NCBI GenBank assembly: GCA_963662665.2 | Contig: CAXXJS010000048.1 | Coordinates: 1 to 38,234 of the forward strand | Length of the DNA stretch: 38,234 bases | Reading direction: 5' to 3' | Source of the DNA: Candidatus Latescibacterota bacterium | GTDB taxonomy: Bacteria; Latescibacterota; UBA2968; GCA-2709665 | Shown: positions 18,746 to 27,870 of the stretch, piece by piece | How positions within the stretch are numbered: position 1 is the first letter of the stretch | Layout of the letters: each line of letters starts with the position of its first letter | Made by a program: the position numbers and the translations under genes | The notes under the pieces: generated by a model | The model's database searches: none | Told to the model about the DNA's origin: nothing | Seen by the model: only the letters and a program-made list of their open reading frames with translations

Positions 18746-19807
18746 ATGTCATTTCGCAGATTTGCCACCGCGTCCGTCGTTGTATCCTTCACACTCCTCG
18801 GGTGCGGGAACAAGATACCCGTTGAGTCAACAACCGGAGCCGGATCCACTGAAAGCACATCTCAGGCCTCAAAGGCATCCACAGACGAGATAAGTTCCAA
18901 ACTTGATGGCGACAATTACAGCAAATCAGGCCATGGCCGCCGTGATGGATGGGAACGATATATCGCGGCGCTGACGGACTCCGTGGGCCTGAGCGACCAG
19001 CAGGTCACGGATCTGAATGCACTGCATGAAGACTACCAGGCCGACGTCGAAGCCCTGATCGATAGCGCCAAAGTGTCGGGCGACCGTACCGGGCTTCGGG
19101 AGAGCCTGAAGGAATTGAGACTGGGATTCGAAGAGGCCTTCAACGACGTCCTCACGGACGAGCAACAGACCAGACTCGAGGAAATCAAGGCCAATGCGAC
19201 CGCACGGAGGAAGGGCAGAGGGTGGGAGGATTATATCGCGGCGCTGACCGACTCGCTGGGTCTGAGCGACCAGCAGGTCGCCGATCTGAACGCACTGCAC
19301 GAAGACTACCGGGCCGACGTCGAAGCCCTGGTCGATAGCGCCAAAGCGTCGGGCGACCGTACCGGGCTTCGGGAGAGTCTGAAGGAATTGAGACTGGGAT
19401 TCGAAGACGACTTCAACGACGTACTCACGGACGAGCAACAAACCAGGCTCGAGGAAATCAAGGCCGATGCGATCGCGCGAAGGAAGGACAGAGGATGGGG
19501 GAATTACATCGTGGCCCTTACGGACTCCCTCGCCCTCGGCGACGATCAGGTCGCGGATTTGAATGCACTGTACGAAGACTACCAGGCCGACGTCAAATCC
19601 GCGATCGACAGTGCTCAGGAGTCAGGCGACCGTTCGGGTCTCAGGGACACGTTGCGAGAGCTGCGAGAGGATTTTGAAGAGGACTTCAGCGCCGTCCTCA
19701 CCGATGAACAGAAGGAGAAGCTGGACGAAATGAAATCCGGGGGACGGAAGCGATCAGGAAAGGGCTACGGACACGGCCGCAAAGGGCACAGGGGCAGAAA
19801 AGGCTAG
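18746..19807 (+). CDS. Lipoprotein with three tandem 91-aa Spy/CpxP-like repeats
   Basis: Lipobox LLGC; repeats W..YI.ALTDS.GLSDQQ...VLTDEQ; basic Gly/Arg/Lys tail. Confidence 0.8.
   Translation: MSFRRFATASVVVSFTLLGCGNKIPVESTTGAGSTESTSQASKASTDEISSKLDGDNYSKSGHGRRDGWERYIAALTDSVGLSDQQVTDLNALHEDYQADVEALIDSAKVSGDRTGLRESLKELRLGFEEAFNDVLTDEQQTRLEEIKANATARRKGRGWEDYIAALTDSLGLSDQQVADLNALHEDYRADVEALVDSAKASGDRTGLRESLKELRLGFEDDFNDVLTDEQQTRLEEIKADAIARRKDRGWGNYIVALTDSLALGDDQVADLNALYEDYQADVKSAIDSAQESGDRSGLRDTLRELREDFEEDFSAVLTDEQKEKLDEMKSGGRKRSGKGYGHGRKGHRGRKG
18950..19732 (+). repeat. Intragenic tandem repeat, 273-bp period, about 2.9 copies
   Basis: Units start at 18950, 19223 and 19496. Units 1 and 2 share long exact DNA stretches (e.g. 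GGGCGACCGTACCGGGCTTCGGGAGAG); unit 3 is more diverged. Confidence 0.9.
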
Positions 19808-19849
19808 GACCCCGAAGAACCCTCGCCAAGATCGCCCGGCCGTCTCTCA

Positions 19850-19890
19850 AAAACCCGCCGTCGATCCTCCCCGACGGCGGGTTTTCGTTT
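19850..19890. terminator. Bidirectional intrinsic terminator
   Basis: AAAACCCGCCGTCG-atcctccc-CGACGGCGGGTTTT between convergent genes. Confidence 0.8.
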
Positions 19891-19939
19891 ACGGTAATCG
19901 CCGCAGTTATCATCTTGATGTCCAAGACAAGAACCGTGG

Positions 19940-20914
19940 CTATCGGGCTTCGAAGAAGAACCGGATCACATCGTCCTCTTTGAGCATGGTATCGAAGAAC
20001 TGCTGGTCCTCCTCGTTTAACTCCCCGGCCGCCTGCAGCACAATGCGCATGTATTGTTCCCTCGTAAACGTGAGTGTCAGATTATCGCCGTCCACTTCAA
20101 CCGAGCCTTCAAGGACCAGTCCGTCTTTCTCAATGATCGTCAGCGTGTTGCCGCTGACCGACCAGGTACCAGTATCGGACCACGTGCCTGTACTGTCCTG
20201 ATCGGCGACAGTACCATTCGCGTGGAAACGACGGATCGGAGACCAGACACTGTCGCGGAGGCTCGTTTCCAGATCGCTTGTGAACTCCTGGACGATAAAG
20301 GCGGCAGTCGCGCTATCCACCACGCCCTGCTCCAGGATGGCTGCAACCAGATTCCGGCTGATCGTCTCAACCATATCCGTACCAACGTATCCCCACGCTC
20401 CGACAATATCCGATGACGAGAGCAAGGCCGAACCCGTCACGCGCGCTTTTCCTCCAACGGGCAGTTCAACGGTCACTACGTATCCGCCATTTATCGGGAT
20501 GCTCGACCAGGAACCCAGCACGGCCCCTTCCTGAACCGCGCGCGCGCGGTAATATCCGTTCACGTTGTCCGACCCAATCTCAATGCGTGCTTCACCTTGT
20601 GCATCGGTTAAGCCAGACCACGTGAAATCCGCGGGAATGCCGGAGACGGAACGTGAGAATTCTACCGTCACGCCGCTAATGGGCGCACCGTCGCGCCACA
20701 CCATTGCGACCACCGCGGCCTGTGTCATCTTACCGTTTGCCGCCAGTTTGCCCAACGACTGTCCGGAATGACGCTGTCCGGCGTGGATAGGGCTATCTCC
20801 TGCGGGCGGGTCGGCTTCGGGTACCATCGAGGTGGTAACCCGGTCACCGCCACAGCCAGAAATCAAGCCCGCTGCAACCGCCAACACAAAAACGCTTCGA
20901 ATTTGTCTCGACAT
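19940..20914 (-). CDS. Hypothetical lipoprotein: uncharacterised N-terminal beta domain plus lipocalin-like C-terminal domain
   Basis: Lipobox ISGC; AAGGGGG SD. C-terminal IVGAW...GTWSVSGNTLTI...VDGDNLTL resembles lipocalin-like barrels. N-domain is homologous to that of 27871..29391. Confidence 0.65.
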   Translation of the reverse strand: MSRQIRSVFVLAVAAGLISGCGGDRVTTSMVPEADPPAGDSPIHAGQRHSGQSLGKLAANGKMTQAAVVAMVWRDGAPISGVTVEFSRSVSGIPADFTWSGLTDAQGEARIEIGSDNVNGYYRARAVQEGAVLGSWSSIPINGGYVVTVELPVGGKARVTGSALLSSSDIVGAWGYVGTDMVETISRNLVAAILEQGVVDSATAAFIVQEFTSDLETSLRDSVWSPIRRFHANGTVADQDSTGTWSDTGTWSVSGNTLTIIEKDGLVLEGSVEVDGDNLTLTFTREQYMRIVLQAAGELNEEDQQFFDTMLKEDDVIRFFFEAR

Positions 20915-21381
20915 CACGGTACCCCCTTTTAAGGTTTTTCTGCGAATAACGTGGGCATTTATACCACCGAAACATCCATCCGTTTGCAGTTGGTAAAACG
21001 TCTCTAGCCCTACAGAGGCTAAAACAGATCTCGCAGATCCAGCCATGTCTTGAGACTCATGAGTCCCGGAATTGTTTCTGCCTTCGTCCCATCAGCTAAA
21101 TAGACGACCAATGGGTTAACCAAGCCGGTCGCAGGTACAGGTCGACGCGGTTGCGGCCCTATTGCGGACTCTTCATGCAGATTGTGTTTGTCTCAGGGGT
21201 TGAACTCTTCGAGCGCAATTGGGAGGATAGCCTATTGTGGAAGACCAGGTCACCACGTCGCCGAATGTATTCACCGCGTGCGTGGCTGACGGCCATAACC
21301 GTGATGAACGACATGACTCCCGCCGTCAATGCTCAAGCCTCCATCCCCGGTACTCCCTGGCGGAAATCCTGAACAAAATAC

Positions 21382-21410
21382 TTGACATATCGAAAGAATC
21401 CTGTTATCTA
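21382..21410 (+). promoter_or_regulatory. sigma70-type promoter of the STAS/partner-switch cluster
   Basis: TTGACA-N17-TATCTA with extended -10 TG. Confidence 0.55.
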
Positions 21411-21492
21411 ATCGTCTCGGCGCACTTCCGTCAATGAATTCTAATATATGGTAACTTCAAGGTCGGGTCACAAAAAAAAAGGAGATCGGTCG

Positions 21493-21837
21493 ATGGAGGT
21501 TAACACCGAACGGGACAATGGCACCTTGATCGCGAAGGCTGAAGGTCGGGTCGACGGGTCCAATGCCCGTGAGTTCGAGGAAGCGCTCGACTCCGCAATC
21601 ACCGAGCACGAAGACGGTCAAGCCGTGATTGTGGATTTTGAAGGGCTTTCCTATATAAGCAGTGCGGGGCTTCGGGTCATCCTGCTTACCGCCAGGACGC
21701 TTCGAAAACAGGATAAGGAATTCGTGGTCTGCTCGCTATCGGATCCAATCAGAGAGGTCTTCGAGATCAGCGGATTCGATAAGATTATACCGGTTTACGC
21801 CTCCAGATCCGAAGCGCTGGCAGCGGTCGGAGGATAG
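21493..21837 (+). CDS. STAS-domain anti-sigma factor antagonist (RsbV/SpoIIAA-like)
   Basis: GRVD, phospho-acceptor motif YISSAGLRV, FEISGF; AGGAG SD. Confidence 0.92.
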   Translation: MEVNTERDNGTLIAKAEGRVDGSNAREFEEALDSAITEHEDGQAVIVDFEGLSYISSAGLRVILLTARTLRKQDKEFVVCSLSDPIREVFEISGFDKIIPVYASRSEALAAVGG

Positions 21838-22043
21838 CAGACGGTTGGTCCGGGAATGCTTCACGGAAGCGTAATGCTTTTCGCTGAAGAAGCGCCACGG
21901 GTGGAAATGACACCGTAGCCACGCCGGGTCCTCTGAACGATCATTCAGGTCATCGGCATTTTGAATGGACGGCGTGGCGGCCGCGTTATCTCATGGAACC
22001 GGACGGTTCCCCCTGAATCTCCCGAGAAACTGAGAGACCGACC

Positions 22044-22602
22044 ATGAACGAAGACCTGCTGCCGATCGGGTTGCTCATCGTCGTAGCCAAGCTCTTGGAG
22101 CGCCTCCTCGACAGGGTTGGCATGAGTTCGATCGTCGCCTGCACGACGGCGGGGATCCTGCTCGTACCCATCGCCGGAATTGTCGAGCCGACTGGCCAGC
22201 TTCAGATCTTCCTTGGCATTGGCGTATTCATCCTCTTCTTCCTTGTCGGACTCGACGATATCGACATCCCCCGCTTCGCAGCAACCATCCGGGGGCGTTT
22301 TTTTATGCCGCAATACTGTCAGTTGTGATCTCCATGGTTGCGGCCATGGTGGTCACATCAGACTTGTTTGGGGTCGCCTTTGCCCTGGGACTCCATTGAC
22401 AGGATACGCTGGCGCTCGCCGGCATCCTGTCAATGTCAAGCCTTGGGCTTGTGGCAAAGGTACTCGCAGACACCGGTCCTGAAAAAGGATACGCATGAGT
22501 TCCTTGGTACTATAACCGGTCCACGACGTCGTCGACCTCGTCCTCCTGATGGATGAAATCACGGACGAGTTGAAGGAGTTGGACGCAGAAAAGATTACGT
22601 AA
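22044..22602 (+). pseudogene. Decayed cation:proton antiporter (CPA2-like) with C-terminal CBS remnant
   Basis: TM N-terminus (LFFLVGLD); frameshift near 22305; in-frame TGA at 22397; SSLGLVAKVLAD joined directly to CBS-like PVLKKDTHEFLGTIT; second frameshift into HDVVDLVLL...stop at 22600-22602. Confidence 0.72.
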
Positions 22603-22712
22603 CCCCACTTTTTTTGTGCCGCTATCGGGGTAGCGTCCGGCTTCGACTCTTATGCGCGCCTTTTTCGGATTCAATAGTTCAGCAATACAACTTTTCGTGG
22701 GGTATTTTCGAA

Positions 22713-23882
22713 ATGTCTGCACTTCCATACAAGATCCTGGTCGTGGACGACGAACCCGACCTCGAACCGCTTATGATGCAGCGTATGCGGCGGCCAATTC
22801 GCAGAGGCCGTTACACCTTTGTGTTTGCGCGTAACGGTATCGAGGCCCTCGAGCGACTGAATAAAGACGACACCATCGACATGGTGCTCTCCGACATCAA
22901 CATGCCCCAGATGGACGGCCTTACGCTACTCGAGCAGATACCCAAGGTAGACCCGAACATCCGTTCCGTAATTATTTCGGCGTACGGCGACATGAAAAAC
23001 ATCCGGATTGCGATGAACCGGGGCGCGTTCGACTTCGTCACCAAGCCCATCGACTTCTCGGACCTTCAGGTGACCATCGATCGCACGATGCGTCATCTCA
23101 TCGAGTGGCGGGAGGCGCTTGAATCGCGCGACAAACTGATCGCGTTGCAGAACGAACTCGACGTTGCCAGCAAGATGCAGCAGTCGATTCTGCCCACACG
23201 GTTTCCCGAAAACCCCACCTATCAGGCATTCGGGAGCATGGAACCCGCTCGCAACGTCGGAGGCGACTTCTTCGATATCATCCGGCTTGAAGATGGACGC
23301 ATAGGCATCGCAATCGCCGACGTCTCGGACAAGGGTGTGCCCGCTGCGCTCTTCATGATGTCAAGCAGGACGGTACTTCGGGGAGCGGCAATCGGGACCG
23401 TCAATCCAGGCGAGGTCCTTTTCGAAGTCAACAACGCACTTTATGAGAACAACGAAGCCGCGATGTTCGTCACCGTCTTCTACGCGGTCTTCGATCCCGC
23501 CAATCGTCAGTTCGTGTACGCCAACGGAGGGCACAATTCGCCGCTCATCGTCAACGCGGACGGACATGCGACCATGCTGCCGCTGACGGGCGGCGTTGCT
23601 CTCGCAATGTTGCCTGACATCGAATACAGATACAATTCGGTCACCCTGGCACCCGGCGATACGGTTGTCCTTTATACGGACGGTGTCACCGAAGCCATCA
23701 ACGACGTGGAGGAAGAATTCGGGATGGGACGCCTGCAAAACGTCTTCGCGGGCGCACCCCCACAGGACGCCCACGAAGCCAACGGCGCGGTCTTTCAGGC
23801 CGTGAAGGGATTTGTTGGCGACACTCCGCAGTTCGACGATATAACCTGTGTAACGTTCCGGTACAGGGGGGCGGAAGCGTGA
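22713..23882 (+). CDS. Receiver domain-PP2C/SpoIIE phosphatase (RsbU-like)
   Basis: REC: ILVVDD, SDINMP, SAYG, TKP. PP2C: VGGDFFD, ADVSDKG, NGGH, YTDGVTEA, DDIT. Confidence 0.93.
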   Translation: MSALPYKILVVDDEPDLEPLMMQRMRRPIRRGRYTFVFARNGIEALERLNKDDTIDMVLSDINMPQMDGLTLLEQIPKVDPNIRSVIISAYGDMKNIRIAMNRGAFDFVTKPIDFSDLQVTIDRTMRHLIEWREALESRDKLIALQNELDVASKMQQSILPTRFPENPTYQAFGSMEPARNVGGDFFDIIRLEDGRIGIAIADVSDKGVPAALFMMSSRTVLRGAAIGTVNPGEVLFEVNNALYENNEAAMFVTVFYAVFDPANRQFVYANGGHNSPLIVNADGHATMLPLTGGVALAMLPDIEYRYNSVTLAPGDTVVLYTDGVTEAINDVEEEFGMGRLQNVFAGAPPQDAHEANGAVFQAVKGFVGDTPQFDDITCVTFRYRGAEA

Positions 23883-24298
23883 GCGCAAGACAAACCTTTC
23901 GCATCGGGGCCGATCTCGACGAACTGCGACGTGTCGCCGCTGCCGCCGAAGAACTGGGGATGCGGGAAGATTGGTCACCCGTGCTGGTACATCAGATCGA
24001 CCTCGCCATCGAGGAACTCGGCAATAACATTGTCCGCCATGGTCTCGACGGCGGCCCCGGCGAGATTGAGATCACCCTGACCTCCGACGACGATTCGATC
24101 ACCCTCGAGATGGTTGACGACGGCCGGCCCTTCAACCCCCTGAAAGACGCCCCTAAGCCCGATGTCGAAGCGGCGCTCGAAGATCGGCCAATTGGAGGAC
24201 TCGGCATTCATCTGGTGCTGACAATGATGGACGAGATGCACTACCGGCGGGAGAACGAGCGGAACCACCTCACGCTGTTAAAGCGGAGAACCCCATGA
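23879..24298 (+). CDS. RsbW-like anti-sigma factor Ser/Thr kinase (HATPase)
   Basis: LAIEELGNNIVRHG, DDGRPFNP, GGLGIHLV; GTGA overlap with the upstream gene. Confidence 0.9.
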   Translation: MSARQTFRIGADLDELRRVAAAAEELGMREDWSPVLVHQIDLAIEELGNNIVRHGLDGGPGEIEITLTSDDDSITLEMVDDGRPFNPLKDAPKPDVEAALEDRPIGGLGIHLVLTMMDEMHYRRENERNHLTLLKRRTP

Positions 24299-25476
24299 GA
24301 TCGACGATTTGCCGCGGGGTGCGGCTGTTTGCCGCAGGGATTGCGCTTACGTCCAGCCTGGAAGGCAGCGAATTCGAGAACGGCGTCTCCGACGAGCGCA
24401 TTCTTTTCGGTCAGTCCGCCGCCTTTACAGGACCCGCCGCGCAACTCGGCACCGACATGAAACGCGGCATCGAAGCCGCGTTTCATGAAATCAACCGGAG
24501 AGGGGGCGTCCACGGCCGACGGTTGGAACTCGTTTCCCGGGATGACGCGTACGAGCCGGAGGCCGCCATTGCAAACACCCTCTACCTCATCGATGATGCG
24601 AAGGTGTTCGCGCTCATCGGCGCCGTGGGTACGCCCACCTCACGTTCAGCCACCCCGGTCGCCGCGGAATCCAATATTCCGTATATCGCCCCGTTTACTG
24701 GCGCGGCGTTCCTTCGTGACCCGAAATGGAACAATGTGATCAACCTGAGGGCGTCATACAACCAGGAGACGGAGGAAATGGTCGCGCGTCTGACCGGCGA
24801 TCTCGGTATCAAGCGTATCGCCGTCCTTTACCAGGACGATTCCTTCGGCAGAGCCGGATACCACGGCGCGCGGCGAGCACTCGAACGGCGCGAAATGGAG
24901 GCAGTGGCCGTGGGGTTGTATCCGCGCAATACAACGGCAGTGAAAACGGCATTGCTCGACCTGCGCATGGCATCTCCCGACGCGGTGATTCTCATTGGCG
25001 CGTATGGTCCGGTTGCCACATTTATCGCGTGGGCGCGGCACATCGGTTGGGACCCGGTATTCATAACGATTTCTTTCGTGGGCAGCAATGCGCTCGCCAG
25101 GCAGTTGGGCCCCGAGGGAGCGGGAGTTTACGTCACTCAGGTCGTGCCGTTTCCAGACGACGACTATTTCCCTGTCGCATCGGCCTATCGCCGGGCACTC
25201 GCGGCCTTCGATCCCGGTGCGGCTCCGGGGTTCGTATCCTTCGAAGGGTACCTGGCCGGTCGCCTGGCCATAGCCGCACTCCAACGCTGTGGCCAGGACG
25301 TAGAACGGGCCTCTTTCCTCAACAGCCTTCGCAGTACCCAAATTGTCGAGATTGACGGATTTAAACTGCAATACGGCAGCAATGACAATCAGGGGTCGGA
25401 TGCCGTGTTCCTGACCATGATAGGACGTGACGGCCGCTACTATCCAATCGATACGCTCCAGGAAGCGGGGCCGTGA
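24295..25476 (+). CDS. Type I periplasmic solute-binding protein (LivJ/Peripla_BP_6-like)
   Basis: GQSAAFTGPAA, INRRGGVHGRRLEL..RDDAYEP, RASY, DDSFG, FEGY; overlaps both neighbours by 4 nt. Confidence 0.88.
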   Translation: MRSTICRGVRLFAAGIALTSSLEGSEFENGVSDERILFGQSAAFTGPAAQLGTDMKRGIEAAFHEINRRGGVHGRRLELVSRDDAYEPEAAIANTLYLIDDAKVFALIGAVGTPTSRSATPVAAESNIPYIAPFTGAAFLRDPKWNNVINLRASYNQETEEMVARLTGDLGIKRIAVLYQDDSFGRAGYHGARRALERREMEAVAVGLYPRNTTAVKTALLDLRMASPDAVILIGAYGPVATFIAWARHIGWDPVFITISFVGSNALARQLGPEGAGVYVTQVVPFPDDDYFPVASAYRRALAAFDPGAAPGFVSFEGYLAGRLAIAALQRCGQDVERASFLNSLRSTQIVEIDGFKLQYGSNDNQGSDAVFLTMIGRDGRYYPIDTLQEAGP

Positions 25477-27671
25477 TTGGCACACTGAAACAGCTGCTCA
25501 AAGGGCGCTTCCGCATCGCCACACAGCTCTATCTGGGAATCGGTGGCGCGGTTGCCATCACCATGGTCGCCAGCCTGGTCGGGTGGTTCTCATTCGATCT
25601 CGTCGGCGATATCCAGAACCGCGTGAACGAGGGCAGCGTCCCGGAAATGGCCGCAGCGTTTGGAGTCGCCCAACAGAGCGGCGCCCTGGTCGCCGCGGCG
25701 CCCCGTCTGACTTCGGCCGCCACAGTGGGTGATTTCGTTCGCGTCAAGGCGGATATCGGCGCCGAGCGCAGGGCCTTCGAATCCCAGTTGGCAGCCCTGA
25801 TGCAAAGAAACACCAGGCAGGAAGACGAGGAACGCTTCAGCCGAATACACAGCTATGCCGCCGCGCTGATGTCCAACATCGAAGAGATTGAGCGGGAGGT
25901 CGCCGAGTTGTTCGAAGTAAATGCGCGCAGCGAAGCGTTGCGCGCGGAACTGTCCATTCTCCGGTCGAAATTGTTCGGCATGCTCATTCCGGCCATCGAC
26001 GACCAACTGTTCTATGCAATGACCGGCTACCGCACAATCGGCCAGCCGCCCGTGTCCCGCGAGCGGCACTTTTCGAACGAAGAATTCGATCGGTACCGCC
26101 ACCTGGCGGATCTGAAGGCCGATGCAACCATCGCGACACAGCTCCTGTCGAGTTCATTCAACCTGTCCGATGCCCTTCTGCTGGAGCCGCTACGAGAGCG
26201 CTTCGAGGCGGCTGCCGGGCGCATCGAACGAAGCCTGTCGGCACTGGGTACATCACCGTGGCGCGACCAGATCGCTCCGCACCTGAACTGGCTCTTCGAG
26301 CTGGGTCTGGGCGAAAAGGGCGGGTTTGACCTTATCGTTCGCGAGTTCGAACTCACCGACCGGCAGCGAAACCTTCTCCAGGACAACCTTAGGCTCGAAA
26401 TCAAACTCGGTGCGGAAGTAGAGGGTCTCGTCGGCGCAGCCCGAGAACGCACGCGAGAAGCCACTCTGGCATCCACTCAGGCAATCGGGACCGGCCGCAG
26501 CGTTTTGCTGGGACTGAATGTGGTTAGCATCAGCGGCGCCGTACTCATCGCGTGGCTTTTTGTAGGCCGGGTACTGTTGCGCCGGCTCGAACGCCTGTCG
26601 GACAGGATGCGCGCCATGGCGGATGGGGACCTTGAAGCCAAGGTCGACATCAGCGGGCACGATGAGGTCGCCGATATGGCGGCGGCCCTGGAAGTTTTCC
26701 GACGGCATGCCCTCGAAGTCCAACGCCTTAACCTCGTCGAAAAGCTGGCCGAGGAGTTGCGCGAAAAAAACGAACAACTGGAAGCCGTGCTGGAGGACCT
26801 GCGACGGGCGCAAGACCAGATCGTGATGCGCGAAAAACTGGCGGCGCTCGGCGAACTGACCGCGGGGGTCGCCCACGAAATCAAGAACCCTCTGAACTTT
26901 GTCAAGAATTTCTCCGAGGTCTCCCAGGAACTTCTGGAGGAACTTGGGGAAGAACTCGAGGACACGCTCAGCGAACAGGGCGCGGAACTCGACGAAGAAC
27001 AGCGCGAACTCGTCCAGGAAATCTGTCAGGACCTCACCGACAACCTCTCGCGCATCCGGGAACACGGCGAACGAGCCAACCGCATCGTCCAGGACATGCT
27101 GTCGATGGGCCGTGGTTCCGCCGAGCGACAGGCCACGAATATCAACAACCTTCTCGACGAACACGCCAGACTTGCCTTCCACAGCGCTAGGGCGAGCGAT
27201 CCTGATTTCCAACTCGACATCCAACAGGATCTGGACCCGTCCGCGGGCGAGGTCGAGGTGGTGTCGCAGGACATGGGCCGCGTGTTCTTGAACATGGTAA
27301 CTAACGCCTGCCACGCGACCGATGAAAGGCGCCGCGGCGATGAACAGTCGAACAACAAAGCGCCCTACATGCCTACGCTCTGGTTGACGACCCGACGTGG
27401 TCCGGAACAGTTCGAGATACGTATCAAGGATAACGGAAACGGAATTCCACCCGACGTCGTCGACAAAATATTCAACCCGTTTTTCACGACCAAGCCCACC
27501 GATCAGGGTACAGGCCTGGGGCTCGCCCTGTCGAACGATATCGTGCGAGAGCACGGAGGCAGCATCCGGGTCGAAACCGAACCCGGCGAATTTACGGAAA
27601 TGATTGTTGAAATACCCCTGGAAGGCCCCGCATTGGTGCCTGAGGAGTCCACCGATGAAGATTCGTCCTGA
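25473..27671 (+). CDS. Membrane sensor histidine kinase (large helical, TorS-like periplasmic domain, HAMP, HisKA, HATPase)
   Basis: Two TM helices; HAMP (MADGDL...DEVADMA); H-box VAHEIKNPLN; N-box NMVTNA; DNGNGI; FNPFFTTK; GTGLGL. Confidence 0.92.
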   Translation: MIGTLKQLLKGRFRIATQLYLGIGGAVAITMVASLVGWFSFDLVGDIQNRVNEGSVPEMAAAFGVAQQSGALVAAAPRLTSAATVGDFVRVKADIGAERRAFESQLAALMQRNTRQEDEERFSRIHSYAAALMSNIEEIEREVAELFEVNARSEALRAELSILRSKLFGMLIPAIDDQLFYAMTGYRTIGQPPVSRERHFSNEEFDRYRHLADLKADATIATQLLSSSFNLSDALLLEPLRERFEAAAGRIERSLSALGTSPWRDQIAPHLNWLFELGLGEKGGFDLIVREFELTDRQRNLLQDNLRLEIKLGAEVEGLVGAARERTREATLASTQAIGTGRSVLLGLNVVSISGAVLIAWLFVGRVLLRRLERLSDRMRAMADGDLEAKVDISGHDEVADMAAALEVFRRHALEVQRLNLVEKLAEELREKNEQLEAVLEDLRRAQDQIVMREKLAALGELTAGVAHEIKNPLNFVKNFSEVSQELLEELGEELEDTLSEQGAELDEEQRELVQEICQDLTDNLSRIREHGERANRIVQDMLSMGRGSAERQATNINNLLDEHARLAFHSARASDPDFQLDIQQDLDPSAGEVEVVSQDMGRVFLNMVTNACHATDERRRGDEQSNNKAPYMPTLWLTTRRGPEQFEIRIKDNGNGIPPDVVDKIFNPFFTTKPTDQGTGLGLALSNDIVREHGGSIRVETEPGEFTEMIVEIPLEGPALVPEESTDEDSS

Positions 27672-27870
27672 ACTCAGAGCGCCGAACGATGACCACCCTG
27701 TTGTTATTCTCTATAAAATGACTGGCGCCAATCGACGCGCAAATGATCCGCACCTTCTGCCGCCGTCATCCGCCGAATTTGGGGGCTTGTATGCGCCGTC
27801 ACGCAGGGATTAGCCGTTTCTTCGGCGCATAACGCTGCTTTTCAGGTAGAGAGAAAGAGACTCGTTTGAG

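Noticed and set aside
18950-19732. Direct repeats as possible CRISPR or mobile element
   Set aside because: In-frame 273-bp coding repeats with no unique spacers and no cas genes.
26253-27554. 433-aa ORF on -
   Set aside because: Antisense shadow of the histidine kinase.
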